From NCBI GenBank assembly GCA_036172245.1, contig JAYWIR010000007.1, positions 3,224,001 to 3,288,000 of the forward strand: a DNA stretch of 64,000 nucleotides, read 5' to 3'. Shown here piece after piece: positions 13,003 to 25,599 of the stretch. Position 1 is the stretch's first letter. Every line of letters begins with the position of its first letter. A model generated the notes under the pieces. That model worked only from the letters and a program-made list of their open reading frames with translations, was not told where the DNA came from and searched no databases. A program made the translations under genes and the position numbers. The stretch is from Raillietiella orientalis. Taxonomy: Eukaryota.

Positions 13003-13680
13003 TCATGCTTGCGTTGGCGGCCACGGCCTACGCGTGCGATACAGTACGTTGTGGGTTCGAATCCCCACATGGAAGACCGACTCCGAGAAATGGGGGATGA
13101 GCCGTGGGTTTGTAGTCCCATCCGCAAGATAACGCTGTTCGGTCTGTAGGCTTCGGGTGCGGCACTGAGGGAAACCGAATACCTTCATTGAGTGGCCTGG
13201 ATTGGAAGCGGACCCTCCGCGGTCCTTCCAGGAATCGTGGAGTCAGTTCCCCCCCGTTTGCGTCCGTCCACCCCTATTTCCCTCGGAGGGGTGGAAACCT
13301 CCATCTCGTTCCATGGAGCTGATGGATCGATACCTCTCCAGAGTGTAAGTACTCTGCTTCCATCGGGGAGCAATTATTCGGAGATTTTGGAAGCTCTCCG
13401 TCGGGGTTCTCATCAGAGAAGGAGGAAACAAGGAGCAGTTCCCTTGCGGGTTTCCTTCGGGAAAGAAATAATAGAGTATTCACTTCCGGGGGGTCCCTCC
13501 GGAGAGAATGAGGAAGAGACTCCCTTCAGAGTTCCCTCTGGAGAGAATGAAGAACAAACTCCTTCTTCCAGAGCCCTTCCTGGATTCATAGGGTGGTCCC
13601 CTTTTGGGGTACTTACTACCTGCAACAGTTACACACACCTTCGGGTGGCGCGGATCAGTGTCAAAGAGCTTCGCAAGCTC
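13003..13680 (+). mobile_element. tRNA-headed SINE family, copy A (3'-truncated)
   Basis: B-box GGGTTCGAATCCC (~13053), a conserved GGTCCTTCCAGGAATC block and internal GGAGAGAATGA subrepeats. Homologous to the copies at 39.3-40.1, 46.2-47.5 and 63.0-63.7 kb. Confidence 0.75.
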
Positions 13681-15399
13681 TCCCTAAGGGAGAGAACGGT
13701 TCTTCAGCACCTGGTGAACCAGAATGAAAGGAAGCTTCTATGCAAGCTCGGAAAAGGCGCAGCATCGCACAGGCAACCTGCTCTTCTCAGTAGGAGAGCA
13801 GCTGACGGCGTGGGAATCCGTTATCTACTCCAGAAATCTCGGGAGCTCCTTCGTAGCACAGTGCGCTGAGGTTCGCACCAAGCTGAGCCACTCCAATCCG
13901 GCTCCCCACAAGTCCGGGCTTCGCGGCGTGACGTTAGGGCACGCAACTTAGCATGGCACCCAATAGGGCGATCCAAAAACACGGGGCGAGCAACTCAAAC
14001 CTGGCCGCGAAACGCAGCGAGGCCACAGGGTGCGCCGGTTTCAATTAGTCGCCACGCAGAAACACGTTGGCTAATAATGATTTTCTTGTAACGGCACCTT
14101 CTAGGGAGGTGTTTCCTTGAAAATCTGAAGATGGGAAGGCTTGCCGCCGGTAACGCCTCCGATGATGCAAAGTCGCTTCCCAGGATGCACTTTGATATCT
14201 TCCAAGACGCCACGAGAAAACCTTCGTGCATCTCTGAGGTTGAAGTAAAGGTGGATTCTCCAGCAGCGTTGAAGGTTATCTGCATCGGGTAGCGGGGGTC
14301 ACCAGCCTCAGCGTGCTGGTGTAGGCAGTCCATGCCTAAGAACTCTGCAATGGTGGCTGCAGTTTCTTGAAATTCCTCTGGAAACTCTCGCGATTCCCAA
14401 GCATTCTGATCGACGCCAGAATATCTCCATCTTTCTGGTGATGCATTGGAGCACTCCTTTCTTCCCTCATAATCAGAACCGCCGACACCTCTGAGGAGGG
14501 CTCCGAGATGAGTTCCACATGTGCGCTTGTTTCAGAGGTCTTGCAGCCATCAGGCTATCAGAATCTGCTTAGAAGAACATCCATCTCTCAAGAATACATC
14601 AGTTGCCTTCTCACGAACCGTCTTTCTCCACCCACGAGGGCGACAGTAGTCCCCGACAGATGTGCTTCTCATGCCGTTCTCAGTGGCGGTCGCCCCCGCA
14701 AGAGATGCGACCGGACGGCCTAAACTGGAAGGATCCCTAAAATAGGAACCTCGGGTCAATTATGAGAAGATCAACCTGTCATCGTTGAAGATATCCGGCC
14801 CTGTGCGGACCATCGGAAATCGCAATCTCCGTGAGTCCTGTCCATCCCGCTCCCCTACTTATTTACCTGCTCTTCCTTCCCACTTTCCTGAACTCCCCTC
14901 GGAAGACATGCGTATCCCCCTAACGTCACCCGCCCCGCATCGATCGCAGTGCTGGCTCCACGGAGTCATGGCGGCGAAGAAGAGCCACTCTGAAAGAGGG
15001 TTTTTCAGACTGGGACGCCATCGCGGATTGAGCGTTCCCTTTTGAGGAGGACCTCAAGACACAAACGAAAGGATGAGGAACTTGGCTGCATCCTGACCAG
15101 GACGCTGAGGATGCAAGGAGTTCTCGCTGACCCTTTTCCCTGCTTTTCGATTTCTTCCAAGGGCATTTCTCACTTGTTGCTTATTTTTTCGTTAACTCCC
15201 TCCACCCTTATTCTACCGATGCGGACCTCTGCCGGCAGGCTATCGCGAGCAGCTGATGCCGACGGGACATCCACTGGCGTAACGGGATGTGCGATCACAT
15301 ATGAAGGAAGGATTTGATACTTAGATACAGGTTCTGGCTGCTAATACTTGGATATGTTTTTCACAATGAACGCCTCTCTCTACTTTTTACTCTCTATAC

Positions 15400-15800
15400 A
15401 GTTGAGTTTCTAGTGAAGTTCGAGAGCCTTTCATCCAGAGCTGGCCTCTTTCTCGTTGTATTTTATTTATTCATTCCAAATAAATGTCCCAGCACTCCAG
15501 GATGAGAAAGTAACGCAAAGATTGCCAGTGGGCTGCGCATGATGAACCGTGGGATGCTCTCCTGCAGCTGGCACGTTCCCTTTGACTTTGGCACCAGGAT
15601 GAGAACGGTGCAGCTTGGCCACTTCAAGCACTTTGCATAGAGCGACCACAAACTCGCCTGCAGCTATTCTGGCTCACATGGTGACTCTTTTCGGTCAACC
15701 GGGTCATCTCCTAAGAGCATAGAGATCTGCGTTCCTCCACCCTGAGACCTTTCTTCAGCATGATCTTCAAGGTCGGATGGTGTTTCGCTCAGAGTCCTTG
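15400..15800 (-). pseudogene. Endogenous viral element: second phenuivirus-like nucleoprotein remnant
   Basis: 'VTM*ARIAAG..VALCKVL' (~15685-15630) followed by 'IPRFIMRSPLAIF' (~15557-15520) resembles phlebovirus N LTLSRVAAA..TCQAL and YPRHMMHPSFAG. Confidence 0.4.
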
Positions 15801-15805
15801 GTTGC

Positions 15806-15905
15806 TTTTTTTTTTTGGTTTCGCTAAGTGCTCAAGAGCCGCTCATTCAGAGGCTTACGAAGCTCTTTGACACTGTCCACGCCACCCGAGGGTACGTAAC
15901 AAAGA
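15806..15905 (-). mobile_element. 3' end of the tRNA-headed SINE (copy E) with A-rich tail
   Basis: Minus strand reads CCCTCGGGTGGCGTGGACAGTGTCAAAGAGCTTCG...CGGCTCTTGAGCACTTAGCGAAACC-A(n), matching the 3' end of copy B. Confidence 0.7.
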
Positions 15906-17299
15906 ACAACGGAAAGTACACCGCCTCGTGGAAGAATCGAGGAGGATTTTCCTCCAAAATGTCTGATAATCATCCTAGCATTCCTATGCATTGATCTAGG
16001 GATCAATGCAAGCATGTTGCACTATATACACATGAGCAACACATTACATGCCCATGGACCATTACACTAGATACTGCCGTTTGTGGTGCATGCACAGTGC
16101 TTGAGCTCTTACATTGGGAACCCAAGCATCGAACTTCTTGTAAGTGTCGCACACACATTGTATGGAAGTCTACAATATGAAATTGCTGCAATATTGTAAG
16201 TAATGAAGGCTGTGCTATCGTGTTTGTTGTTACACCACTCCACAAGCAGCACTCCACAGTATGTTGTGCAGTGTACAGCATATTGCAACGCACACTGCTC
16301 CACAACATGAGCATGGTACAGTATTTGCGGTGAAGAGAATAGTATATTCTGTGGTGTATCATAGTTTTTTTCTATAGCACAATAAGATATGCAAGCAATG
16401 ATGCCATGTCATATCTTTATCGTGAGATACAATCCCATATTGTAGTTCATATTTAATGTATATTATAATTAAACACCAATGACATCCAGTGTGTTTGTTT
16501 GCTTGTTTCAGAGCATTCGTAGCTTGGGAATTCTGTAAAGACTCGAATCGTACGGGAATGCTTGGTTTAAAGTTTTTAATGTATACATATTATATATTAA
16601 GAACTGTGCACAATTTTTTTCTTCCGCATTTTGTCATCCGATACAGACTTTCCTCACAATCTTGCAGTTCCATTCTGCGTGGATGATCTTTGCATTTGAG
16701 TTTCACATAAATCAAAGCATCTCATGTACACCTGGTTTCCTCCCCAAACCGGCTAACCAAACTTCAGCCAAACACCGTCCATTCTCTCTTCGCCGCCTCC
16801 GAAGTCGCAATCCTCCACCGGCGTTCCAGTGCCTGGAGACTGCAGGAGACCACCAAAGGATCAGCCCCTGTCCTTAAAATCACTCACTTCAACTCATCAT
16901 GATACCCCCCCTTTTAATTTCAAGATAAGACATACGAGTCAGGTTCCCCACCCCCGGAAGGGAGCATGAGGTCCTTTGACTTCCACATTGAGGAAGCTAC
17001 CCGTTCCTTTCCTGCCAATTCGAACTATATGCAATCGAGTGACTGTGGACTGTCCCTCAAATTCCTTGCGACCAAGTGACCACGGAGCTGTGCAAGCTGC
17101 CTCTGACCGTGGTAGTGTATTATCTGTTTCTCCTTTATTCTTATTCTAAAATTTGCTTGCCGCATGCCCTTCCCCTCCCGGAACAATAAATAAATCCAGA
17201 GCATCTTGAGCGTAGGCGGCCTCCCACTTGCACTACACCGTTGGCTCGTTCCACGGAGGGAATTGTCTGTGCCTGAAAAAAAAAAGAATAAGGCCCGGA

Positions 17300-18100
17300 T
17301 GCTATGCTGCAAACGTATGTATACAGGAAGGGATATCTCGCCGTTCTTCCTATCTCGTGCTCACTGTACTTTAACGGGTTGGCGTCATGCCGTTTCAGCT
17401 AACGTATTCCTTCGCAAACCCTCTAAAAAAAATAGAGGTCCTCTGCTCCTGCCGCCTAGCTTATAACGTCTCATGCTGAAGATATTCTGGCCTTCAGTAT
17501 CCCATGGTAATGCATGACGATGGATCTTTGCATGGATGGCAGGAAGAATCCGTGCTACCTCGAGTAGGCAGCGCGCACCAACCTCTCCACTTTTGTTCAC
17601 TTTTTGAGATCCTACCCGACGTTGATGATTCTGTATACAGAATAGATTGATTAGATTTCTCGTATTTGCCTCCTTTGAAAAAAGCGTTCCATACCAAGCT
17701 CGTTATGAAAGATAGATCGCAGACTACACATATATTCATGTGATTTGTGTACGTGATGCACTGTATTGTACAAAAAGAGTTGTAATCTGTAGATATGTTT
17801 CGAAGCTAGCTTCAATAGAAATGGCACGCATTTCACTGGCTCCTTCGATCCCAAATTTGGGAGTCCTTGAACTCCAGGATCTTTCGCATTAGAGACAAGA
17901 CGTACACAAAAAGCAAACGGGATGTTGATGAGTGTCAGGAAGTCAAGGCGGGAAGGCGTCGTGCCCTGAGCTCTTTTGGCTGTGGTTCCATAATGGCTTT
18001 CTCTTACGTGCTGCGTTATAGTATCTGACTGTGTCGAAAACGTACGCGGTGTGTGCATGTCGACGTCGATCGATATCGCCTGGACATTCGGCTCCACGAA
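17300..18100 (-). pseudogene. Endogenous viral element: phenuivirus-like L fragment (region upstream of and including motif G)
   Basis: The composite 'KEPVKCVPFLLK...FLYNT....KSHNICV....NAFFK....ILYTE....SK...NIFSMRRY' parallels RVFV L 'KQHVKPNYFVIK...LLIKPTSSKSHIFV...SRVFK...LLVTD...SK...QTIARY' as recalled. Confidence 0.5.
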
Positions 18101-20299
18101 GTTCACGTGACTCCATTGGGCTGAGTATCACTCTTTGAGCTGCGGGACCTTGGAACGCTCAAATGGAACACCGCACTACGGAAATCTCCAGGTAGTCAAA
18201 CTCGCTGCACGAGAAGCTCGCTCAAAAACCATTTTGGCCCTAACGAGCGACTCGCTTTCATCTCGCCTAAGACTTGGCATCCGAGCCCTTGACGGACAAT
18301 ACGCACCACTGAGTTTGCTTCCTCAAGTTGCTTCACGCCAGGAAACTCTCCAGTGGTCGGGAACGTTCAGCCTTTCAAAACCGCTCAAAGTCAGAAGTCC
18401 TCGCTTGAAGAATTTCGTCCTTCTGGCAAACCCTCCCGATCACTTTGGAACGGACAATGTGCATTTCGTGCACAGAAAGAAGCTGAGGGGCGAAAACAAT
18501 TATCTGCTGGGATAAAAACTAATGACAAAAAACACAACGTCAGGCAGTGATGATAACGAACGTTGCAGCTGCAGTGGCAATTATGGAAAACAATCTGCAA
18601 ATCTCAGTTTCTTATCCCTGCTTCCATATTTGAGAGCAGAATGCTCCGTTGTTGCACGATGCATCGTTGTTGTACGGATGTTGTTGTTGTACTGTTGAGT
18701 AATGTGGGATTCTTTGCGAACTTCCCGAATAACTGTTGGATGTGCTGGTGTTCTGACCATCCACAGGCATAAGCACCCGAGGAGGAAAAATATTCCCATT
18801 GCTTCCTTCCTTCGGTGCACACATGCACAAACTGGCACACATTCCCTTATTCTACGTGTAATTCCTTCTCGAACGGACACTCGGTTGGTAGGTAAAGAAG
18901 AAAAAACGAATCGTCTTGGAAATCCGGGAAAATCCTGTGCGTGCTCTTCCCGTGAGGCAGGCTGGGATTCGATTCACAAGAGCATGCAATGCCAGAGATT
19001 TTCATGAAATGTAGAATGGGATGAAAAGTGCTCCCTCTCTGCCTTTCGGAAGCGGTCAAGCTGTCGAGCTCTTCCACGCAGGTGTCGGCATCGATTCCGT
19101 GCTGTGGCGTCTGCACTCGGGCGCGGTCAGGGAGCTTAATTTCCTGCAGAAGGACGTCAGGAAATTCAGAGGCCAAAGGCAGCACACCGAAGTCGCTGGA
19201 AACTGACTTCTCCGCCTGCCAAAAAAAAATCACCCTGCAGAGCAGCGATGTTGGAGCAAGCAAAAAGACCTCTCCATTTTCAGCTGCTGCTCTTTCGTCC
19301 ATCGAAGTGATGCAGAATTCCATGTTCCCGTTCATGTCGACGGGCACGCAAAAATCATCATCGGGATGCATCGATCAGGGATCGGTCGATTGCAATGGCA
19401 CGGCAAAAGAAGAAGGGTGCGAACTGTGAACGCACAGGAGCGCGCTTTTCCGAAAAAGCTCATGTTCCAAAATGAAACACGTCAAACGTTGGGATCAAAG
19501 CCAGCATTTGGAGCCAGAGTTCGGGAGCATCCTCATTCCATAATCCCTTAGAAGGAAGAGTGCTAAAAATTCGATGAAGGCAGGTTCGATCCCTTATCGG
19601 CTTGCGAATCCGAAGAATAAGCGATGAGCTCTGTCTGAACACGTGTGACGCAGGTGCTAATAGAATTGCAGTTTTGAAAAGTCCAGTTGCATCCAAGCAA
19701 CTGTGTCATCTTCTGTATGAAACTGATTCCAGATCATTTCAAAACAGGGGGAAAGATTTTCCCAAGGCACTGTTTAAATGACCTCACGTGCTGCTGTGAC
19801 TCTTCTGTTGCCGTCTGACCTACTGCCGGCTCTTTGCAACCTTTCGCCCGTAGCCTCGACTGCTTGGTCGACAGCTCTCTCCGTCCGCGTTTCCTCCGGT
19901 CCGCATCAGCTCCTCTTTGCGTTGCCAATAATGCCATCTCCCGTCGCCGTTGGCTCCACAGTCGTACCTGAAAGCACTCCCGTTCCTTCTAACCACCAGT
20001 GCACGTTTCTTGGATCTCTCTACCTAATCGGGTGCAGAGATGAGACCTTCCTGGTAGGATCTTCCTGGGGAGCTTCTGATGCCCGCTTCATATCTCATAT
20101 CCCTCTAAACGAGTGCGCTCCTTCTGCCTCCAGTTAGAATTTTGCTAACAGTGGGTCTATGCTTCGTTGGGAAATCCTCACCTGCGGGTCATGAGGACGT
20201 TCCTCTCTTCGAGGTAGGTTCCAAAGCACCATTGTGCTGGAAGCGAAGGGGAAGCAAGGAGGGTTCCGGTGATTGATAAAGTGAAAGAGAAAGAGAGAG

Positions 20300-22122
20300 A
20301 AAAACATCATCTGACTCATCACTTGTGGCAAAAGTGACCCCCCTCTAGTTCCTTCCCCTCCAGTTCAGGATGCTCGGTAACTGCATCTGGAAATCTGATG
20401 TGGAACTGCGTAAGAAAAGATCTAAGAAAGCAAGGAACAGCAGCATGGAATCCCAGACAGAGGGATTCTTCCGCAGCGTCTCCATCCTCTCTCATGGTGC
20501 TCGTTCCCATGCTGGCTCATCAGTTATTTTCTCTGGGACCACGACCTATTCCGTCCATCCCTTCTGAGCATTTCCGGGTGCCAGCGCACCCACGGATTCT
20601 GATTGCGCACCTCGCTTCAAGACCTACTGCAGGAAGATTCGGAGCGTTCCGGACCAGCGTGCCGGCGCCCTGACCGACTTTGGCGTGCATCTTTGCCGAT
20701 GGCTCCTTCCTTCCCCAAGCCAAGAGAGGGGCTATTAAGATAATATATAACTAAGATATTGTCAAGGAAGGCTCTTTGGAGAGCCTCACGGCCACTCATC
20801 CACCTAACAGACAGTGCAGCCCTACGGAAGAATGCCGGTCTCGGAATGCTGGCGTTGCAGAGTACGGGACTGCAGCTGCTCCATTTCCGGAGACTCGTCC
20901 TGATGGAGAGGGTATGGAACTAGCAGTGGCGCCTCCCTGCGCTCCACGCTCTCTGACAAGTGGCCGGTTGCGAGGGACTAGCGTCCTTTCTTTTTCGCAG
21001 ACGGAAGTGGATGAGGTTCTTGAGGTTTCCCATGAAGCAGCACGCCTCCCTGCTTCAATCCAACGAGTGGATTTCCTGCCACCTTATGAGCTCTGCTGTC
21101 TGGCGAGAAAAATCTGTGGACACTCGAGCTCGATTGACCAGTACCAGCCCTGAAGATCTCGTGCAGGTCCGGCAGTTCAGCAGGGTGTGCCTTTTAAGAA
21201 CTGTAGAGGAACCGACCAAGTTGGTCCATGCATTCACCACACATCTGGCCGTAGCGCTGTCTTCCCTATGGGAAAACCCCTAGTTGGGTTCTCCACGAAG
21301 GTGCTGGCTGACGAAACGGCCACGCCCTGCTTCCAGACGAAGGGACTCCACCGATGGACCGAAACTGTGAGCATGCCCCCAGAATAACTTTACGTCCTTC
21401 CCCTGTGTTCGGATCCTCCCCGTCCGGTGGCAACACGGCTAGTGCTGTTCTTGCATTGGAGTCTTCCCTGAAACGAGCGCGCATGCACCACGCGGCGAGA
21501 GAGAGTGCGTCTGCGGCGCGTATCAGGGTGCAGGGAGAACAAATCGCTCCCCACCTGCTGATGAGCTGCGACGCCATCCGTCCATTGCGGAAGAGTCTGA
21601 CTTCGGCGCTCCTGCACCCGGAAGATACGCCAACCGAACTGCTGCGCTGCTTCTTCACGCGAGAGGGTCTCTCCCGCCTGCCGCCGTGATCGCGACTTTG
21701 TGTTTGTCGAAGTTGCGTCTGTGGCATCCTCACGGCCCGGTGCTTGATGGAGCTGTATCAGCGGCAGCGACAGACCACCTGCATTCGCTATGGCCCTCCT
21801 GAAGAAAGCATGCAGGTGGATGCAGCTGAAACTGGCAATCAACAGGGGAAGTCACTAACATCGCACGGAGGATTTGAAAGAGAGACGGTAATCCCGATGT
21901 CCTCATCCTCACCCATCTTTGTCTTGCGAGTTCGTTTTTGCGGCCCCTTATGCTTTCAATGCTGCGAACCATTTCTTCTTTGCCTTGCGAGTCGGCGAGT
22001 CCTCCCCAGATGAACTTCTTTCTCTTTCCTTTTTTTTTATTTATGAATCACAAGGGACTGAGTTCCTTGTTTTTTTAGTTTCATTTGTTTATTAAAATAA
22101 ACGCCCCTGGAAGGGATCCGGG
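20300..22122 (+). mobile_element. Degenerate L1/Tx1 ORF2 3' half plus 3' UTR
   Basis: 'W....R..' post-RT block (~20400), 'KNAGLGM...LLHFRRL' (GGLG-like, ~20830), zinc knuckle 'PHLLMSC' (~21550), and an AATAAACG...CCGGG terminus at 22096-22122. Confidence 0.7.
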
Positions 22123-22139
22123 AACGAACGAGGACACAC

Positions 22140-22490
22140 TTTTCGTTTTCCATGTTTTTATTTGTTTTGTGATTTTATTCTTTCCCTTTGTCGGTCCCCT
22201 TCCACCTGCTGCCGAGATGACCCTCGCCGGTCCGCTTGCCGGCATCTCGGAGGGACCACTCGTGTTCTGTGGCCGTGGTATGACCGAGGCCCCTACCACC
22301 TATCCGAGAAACGCCACTGGGTGCCCAGATGAAAAGCCTCCGGCGTTTTTCCGAGAAAGAATGGGAAGCGCGCCCTGGAGGAGTGCAGCGCCAGTGTGAA
22401 GAAAGGGTCTTTGGAGCACGAGATCTCCTACAGGCGCCATGGGCCCACGGATCTCGTCGACGGCAGCAGGGACCCTGCCGAGACAGTGAA
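22140..22490 (+). repeat. ~350-bp repeat, high-identity inverted copy of 34935-35287 (L1-associated 3' sequence)
   Basis: Long identical tracts such as GCCGGTCCGCTTGCCGGCATCTCGGAGGGACCACTCGTGTTCTGTGGCCGTGGTATGACCGAGGCCC occur in both copies. Confidence 0.9.
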
Positions 22491-25400
22491 GGTTCAGTTG
22501 GAAATCCTCTCAAGGACCAGCTCCCAAGGGAACGGGGTCCGTTCGGCCAGGTTGGTCAGGTGACCCGAACCGCGGAGACAACTGGGGCCCCAGCTGAGCC
22601 GAAAACTCTCAGCTGCTCTCTCAAACCTTCAAGGGGTCAAGCGACGTGTGTTCTCGAGACCTTTTCAGGGACGAAGGGCGCCCAAACGCACGCCGAGGCT
22701 GCCTGGGCGCACGCGGGTCCGAGGCGGGCCCTTCCGGCTTCTCCAATCAACCGCGACCTCATTGGACTCGGCCGGTTGCGGCCGTTCTAATTGCAAGGCG
22801 GAAGGGCAGGCGCCTCTCTCCCCCACTTTGAAGACTCCTCTTACGCTCTCCGAAGGCAAACAGGAAGAGGAATGTTTACTCTTTGCGTCCTGCTGCCCGG
22901 AGTGTTTGTGGTTTTTGCCGACCGAGTGGACAATGCGGCCGATTGACGGCACCGCCCTGTGGGAGAGTCCCGTATTTGAGGAAGATGTCGACGTGATTAC
23001 TGGATACCGGAAGGACAGGACCGCAGCACCGGGAAAGGAGAAGGAAACTTTGCTTCCCGCGGAACTCGGCGGAGGCTGCGAGGCGCGGCTCCCGGAAACG
23101 GAGGGAGGGGTCTGGTCGTTCGCTGGTTGTCCCCCGTTTCCTCTTACCCTCCCCTCCCGACGATGAACCGTTGACTGGAGTCTGTTTTCGCGGGAGGGGT
23201 TGGGATGATTCCCCCCGCCTCGGGGGCAGAGCAGCTGAACCACGCGACGCGCTCTTCCAGGAGACCCAGGCGCGGGACAAGGAAAGTCCGTCTACTCCAA
23301 ACAGGAAGATCCGCCTCCCGTCGCACAGTTGGCCCCTCCGTTGCCACCGCCGATGGCAGAGGATCTCGTTCGCCCTTTCTTCCCCAAGGGAAATTGGCGT
23401 TCCGCTCCCAGAGAAGCGACGGGCAAGGCGCTTCCGGTCGGAATAGCGGAAGAGCAGAACGGAGGGAGCGGACCAGGCTACCCCGGGGGTTCCCTCGCGT
23501 GTCTGTGGCGGCTGCCGCCCGCTCGCCCAGGAGTCTTATAGAGCTTTCCCGGGACTCCATCGCAGCCGGGTCTCTGATCCGGCGGGAAACAATCAGCTTT
23601 CGAGATTAGGGGTAAGGTGGGGTCGGCTCGCATCGAGCAAACACCACGGATCCTGTCACTACGCCACGGATCTCGTGCGCGGAACACCCACCGATCAGGG
23701 AAGGGACAGCGAGCGCCTTGGTTACCCGAGAAGGGCGGTAAAAAAAAATCGATGTTTACTCGTTTCCTTTCTCCCTCGGAGAGGCGGGGTTGGTCTGGAG
23801 GGGAGCGGAAGGCCGGCCTCAAGAAAGAGAGCAGGTAGAGATGGGGGGGGAGGAGGAAAAAAGGGAAACGCGACCGTTCCAGAATGGTCGCTGTGGGTGG
23901 AGGGAACCTTGCACGCCGATGTCTTCGCGGAAGACCTTTGCTGCTCCTCGGGCGAAGACGGGCCGCACGAACCCGAGGAACCCGGAATCCCGACAAGACT
24001 GCATCGAAGGGCAGTTGGGGCAGGTGGCTGTCTTTTCGATTGTCAGAGCTCCCTCGGGGATGCGCGCGCGTGCGCAACAGTCTCCCACGGCGAAGGACGA
24101 TCGCGAAGGACGAACTTCCCTCCCACTGCCCCCCTTCGCCCCAAACGCACGCACATCAGGATGCTGCAAAATCTCTTGTTGCCGGGGGAACGCCATCTCT
24201 TTCACCGGATTTTTTCTTCCGCACTCTGGAGAACCGGAACCCAGGCGGCAACCGGCTAAGGAAGGGGAAGGGGTGGGAGGTCACTTTAATTGGTGCAGAC
24301 CGCCTGCAGTCGTCCGGACGCCACTCCCTTCGCTGACTTGGAGTGACCCGGGAAGCGTCCCCAAGGCAAGGTCGGAGCAGACGGTCAGCTCCTCGGATGA
24401 CTCGCGCTCGCTTCCGGGAGTGATGCGGCGGCGGGAGGCTGCACTTGGAACTGGAGCCGCCATCGCTCCGTGAAAGGCTCATGCATGTGCAGGTCCCTTG
24501 TCCCGACCAGCCTCGTTGCATAGCAACGGCAAAGGATAAGGGCAGCGGCGGGGCGAGTCGATTGTGAGGACGGCAGCGCACGCGTGCAAAGGGAGGACCG
24601 GAGGGGATGCGGTGCTCCCTGCCGGCGATGAAAAGAGGGGGAAAAGGGATCTCCCCCTTTTATCCCCCCTCCTTCTCTCTTCTTCTTCTCGCCCCCTTTC
24701 CTTCCTCCCCCTTCCCCGGATCCACGAATCCCGATCAGTGCCTATGGAGACTTTCGGAGCCCGAATCGCTCACCCACTAATGTCTCCTTCCTAGACCTAC
24801 GGGAACTCCCGGGAAGGGATTTCACCCACCCACCCTATGGAAAGGCGATCCGACTCTGAGCATTCGTGGTCCTCGCATCCCCCGCTTCGGCGCGCGCGAC
24901 CCCGGAGGCCGCCCCTTCACCCTTCTCTCCGCGTCCCATTCTCTCGGTGAAATCGGAAGGAGGTGCCAATTGAATTATCGCGTGGGAACCCTCGCGTCGG
25001 AGAGTAACCAGGCCGGCAGAGCGTCCCTCGGGTCATTCGATTACGGTCGGTGGCAGATCATGTGCACCCAGCATCCGTAATCGGAAGGTCCTCTCAGGAA
25101 TGCGAGCGTCCCTTCCCCCCCTCCCCTCCTCCTCCTCCGTGGTTTGCTCCGTCTAGATCTTCCAGGAGGCGTGTCGAGCGCGGCTTCCGAAAGGCGGCGG
25201 TCCTTCAAAGCATGTCCGGGGAGAAGGAGGCGGAACCGGGAGCAGAAGTTTGGGGGGGGGGGGAGGAAGAGGAAGCAAAAAACATCTCTTCCCTCGTTGC
25301 CTCAGCGACTGGACATTGCTGCTGTCTCCAAAGCGTTTGGTAGAAGGTGCGGCTGGAAGTGGTGGCGCTGGAGGAGGGCGCAGCTCCCAGCAAAACCCCC

Positions 25401-25599
25401 TCAGGGCTGCTTCCGGAAGCGCTGCGCGCCTCCTTCGAGAGACGGAGAGGACTTCCGGACGGGCAACCGACTCTGAAGCACGGAGGCCTCCTAGGCCCAC
25501 GCTCCCGAGCAGGCGATTCCTCCCTCGTCTCTCCTCCGACGCATCTCCTTGGATCCCCGTTCCTCGGGTGGCTTCGGTGCATCAAGGCCGGCCTCCTTT

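Noticed and set aside
13040..13075. tRNA genes suggested by GGTTCGAATCCC (also ~46224 and ~63011)
   Set aside because: No complete cloverleaf forms; these are SINE heads.
13192..13869. 225-aa ORF
   Set aside because: It lies in the SINE body, and the frame is not conserved in the other copies.
18135..18550. Plus-strand 'KWNT...LWNGQ', resembling rhabdovirus L motifs A/B
   Set aside because: The spacing is too long, and there is no GGxEGLRQK or GDN.
19080..19180. 'EFPDVL..KLP....QHGID', resembling the Gypsy protease-RT linker
   Set aside because: No protease or RT motifs and no LTRs lie nearby.
21060..21260. Minus-strand 'GQSSSSVHRFF', resembling the mononegaviral HR motif
   Set aside because: The plus strand here is homologous to the other L1/Tx1 ORF2 copies (DFLPP/DLLPP block).
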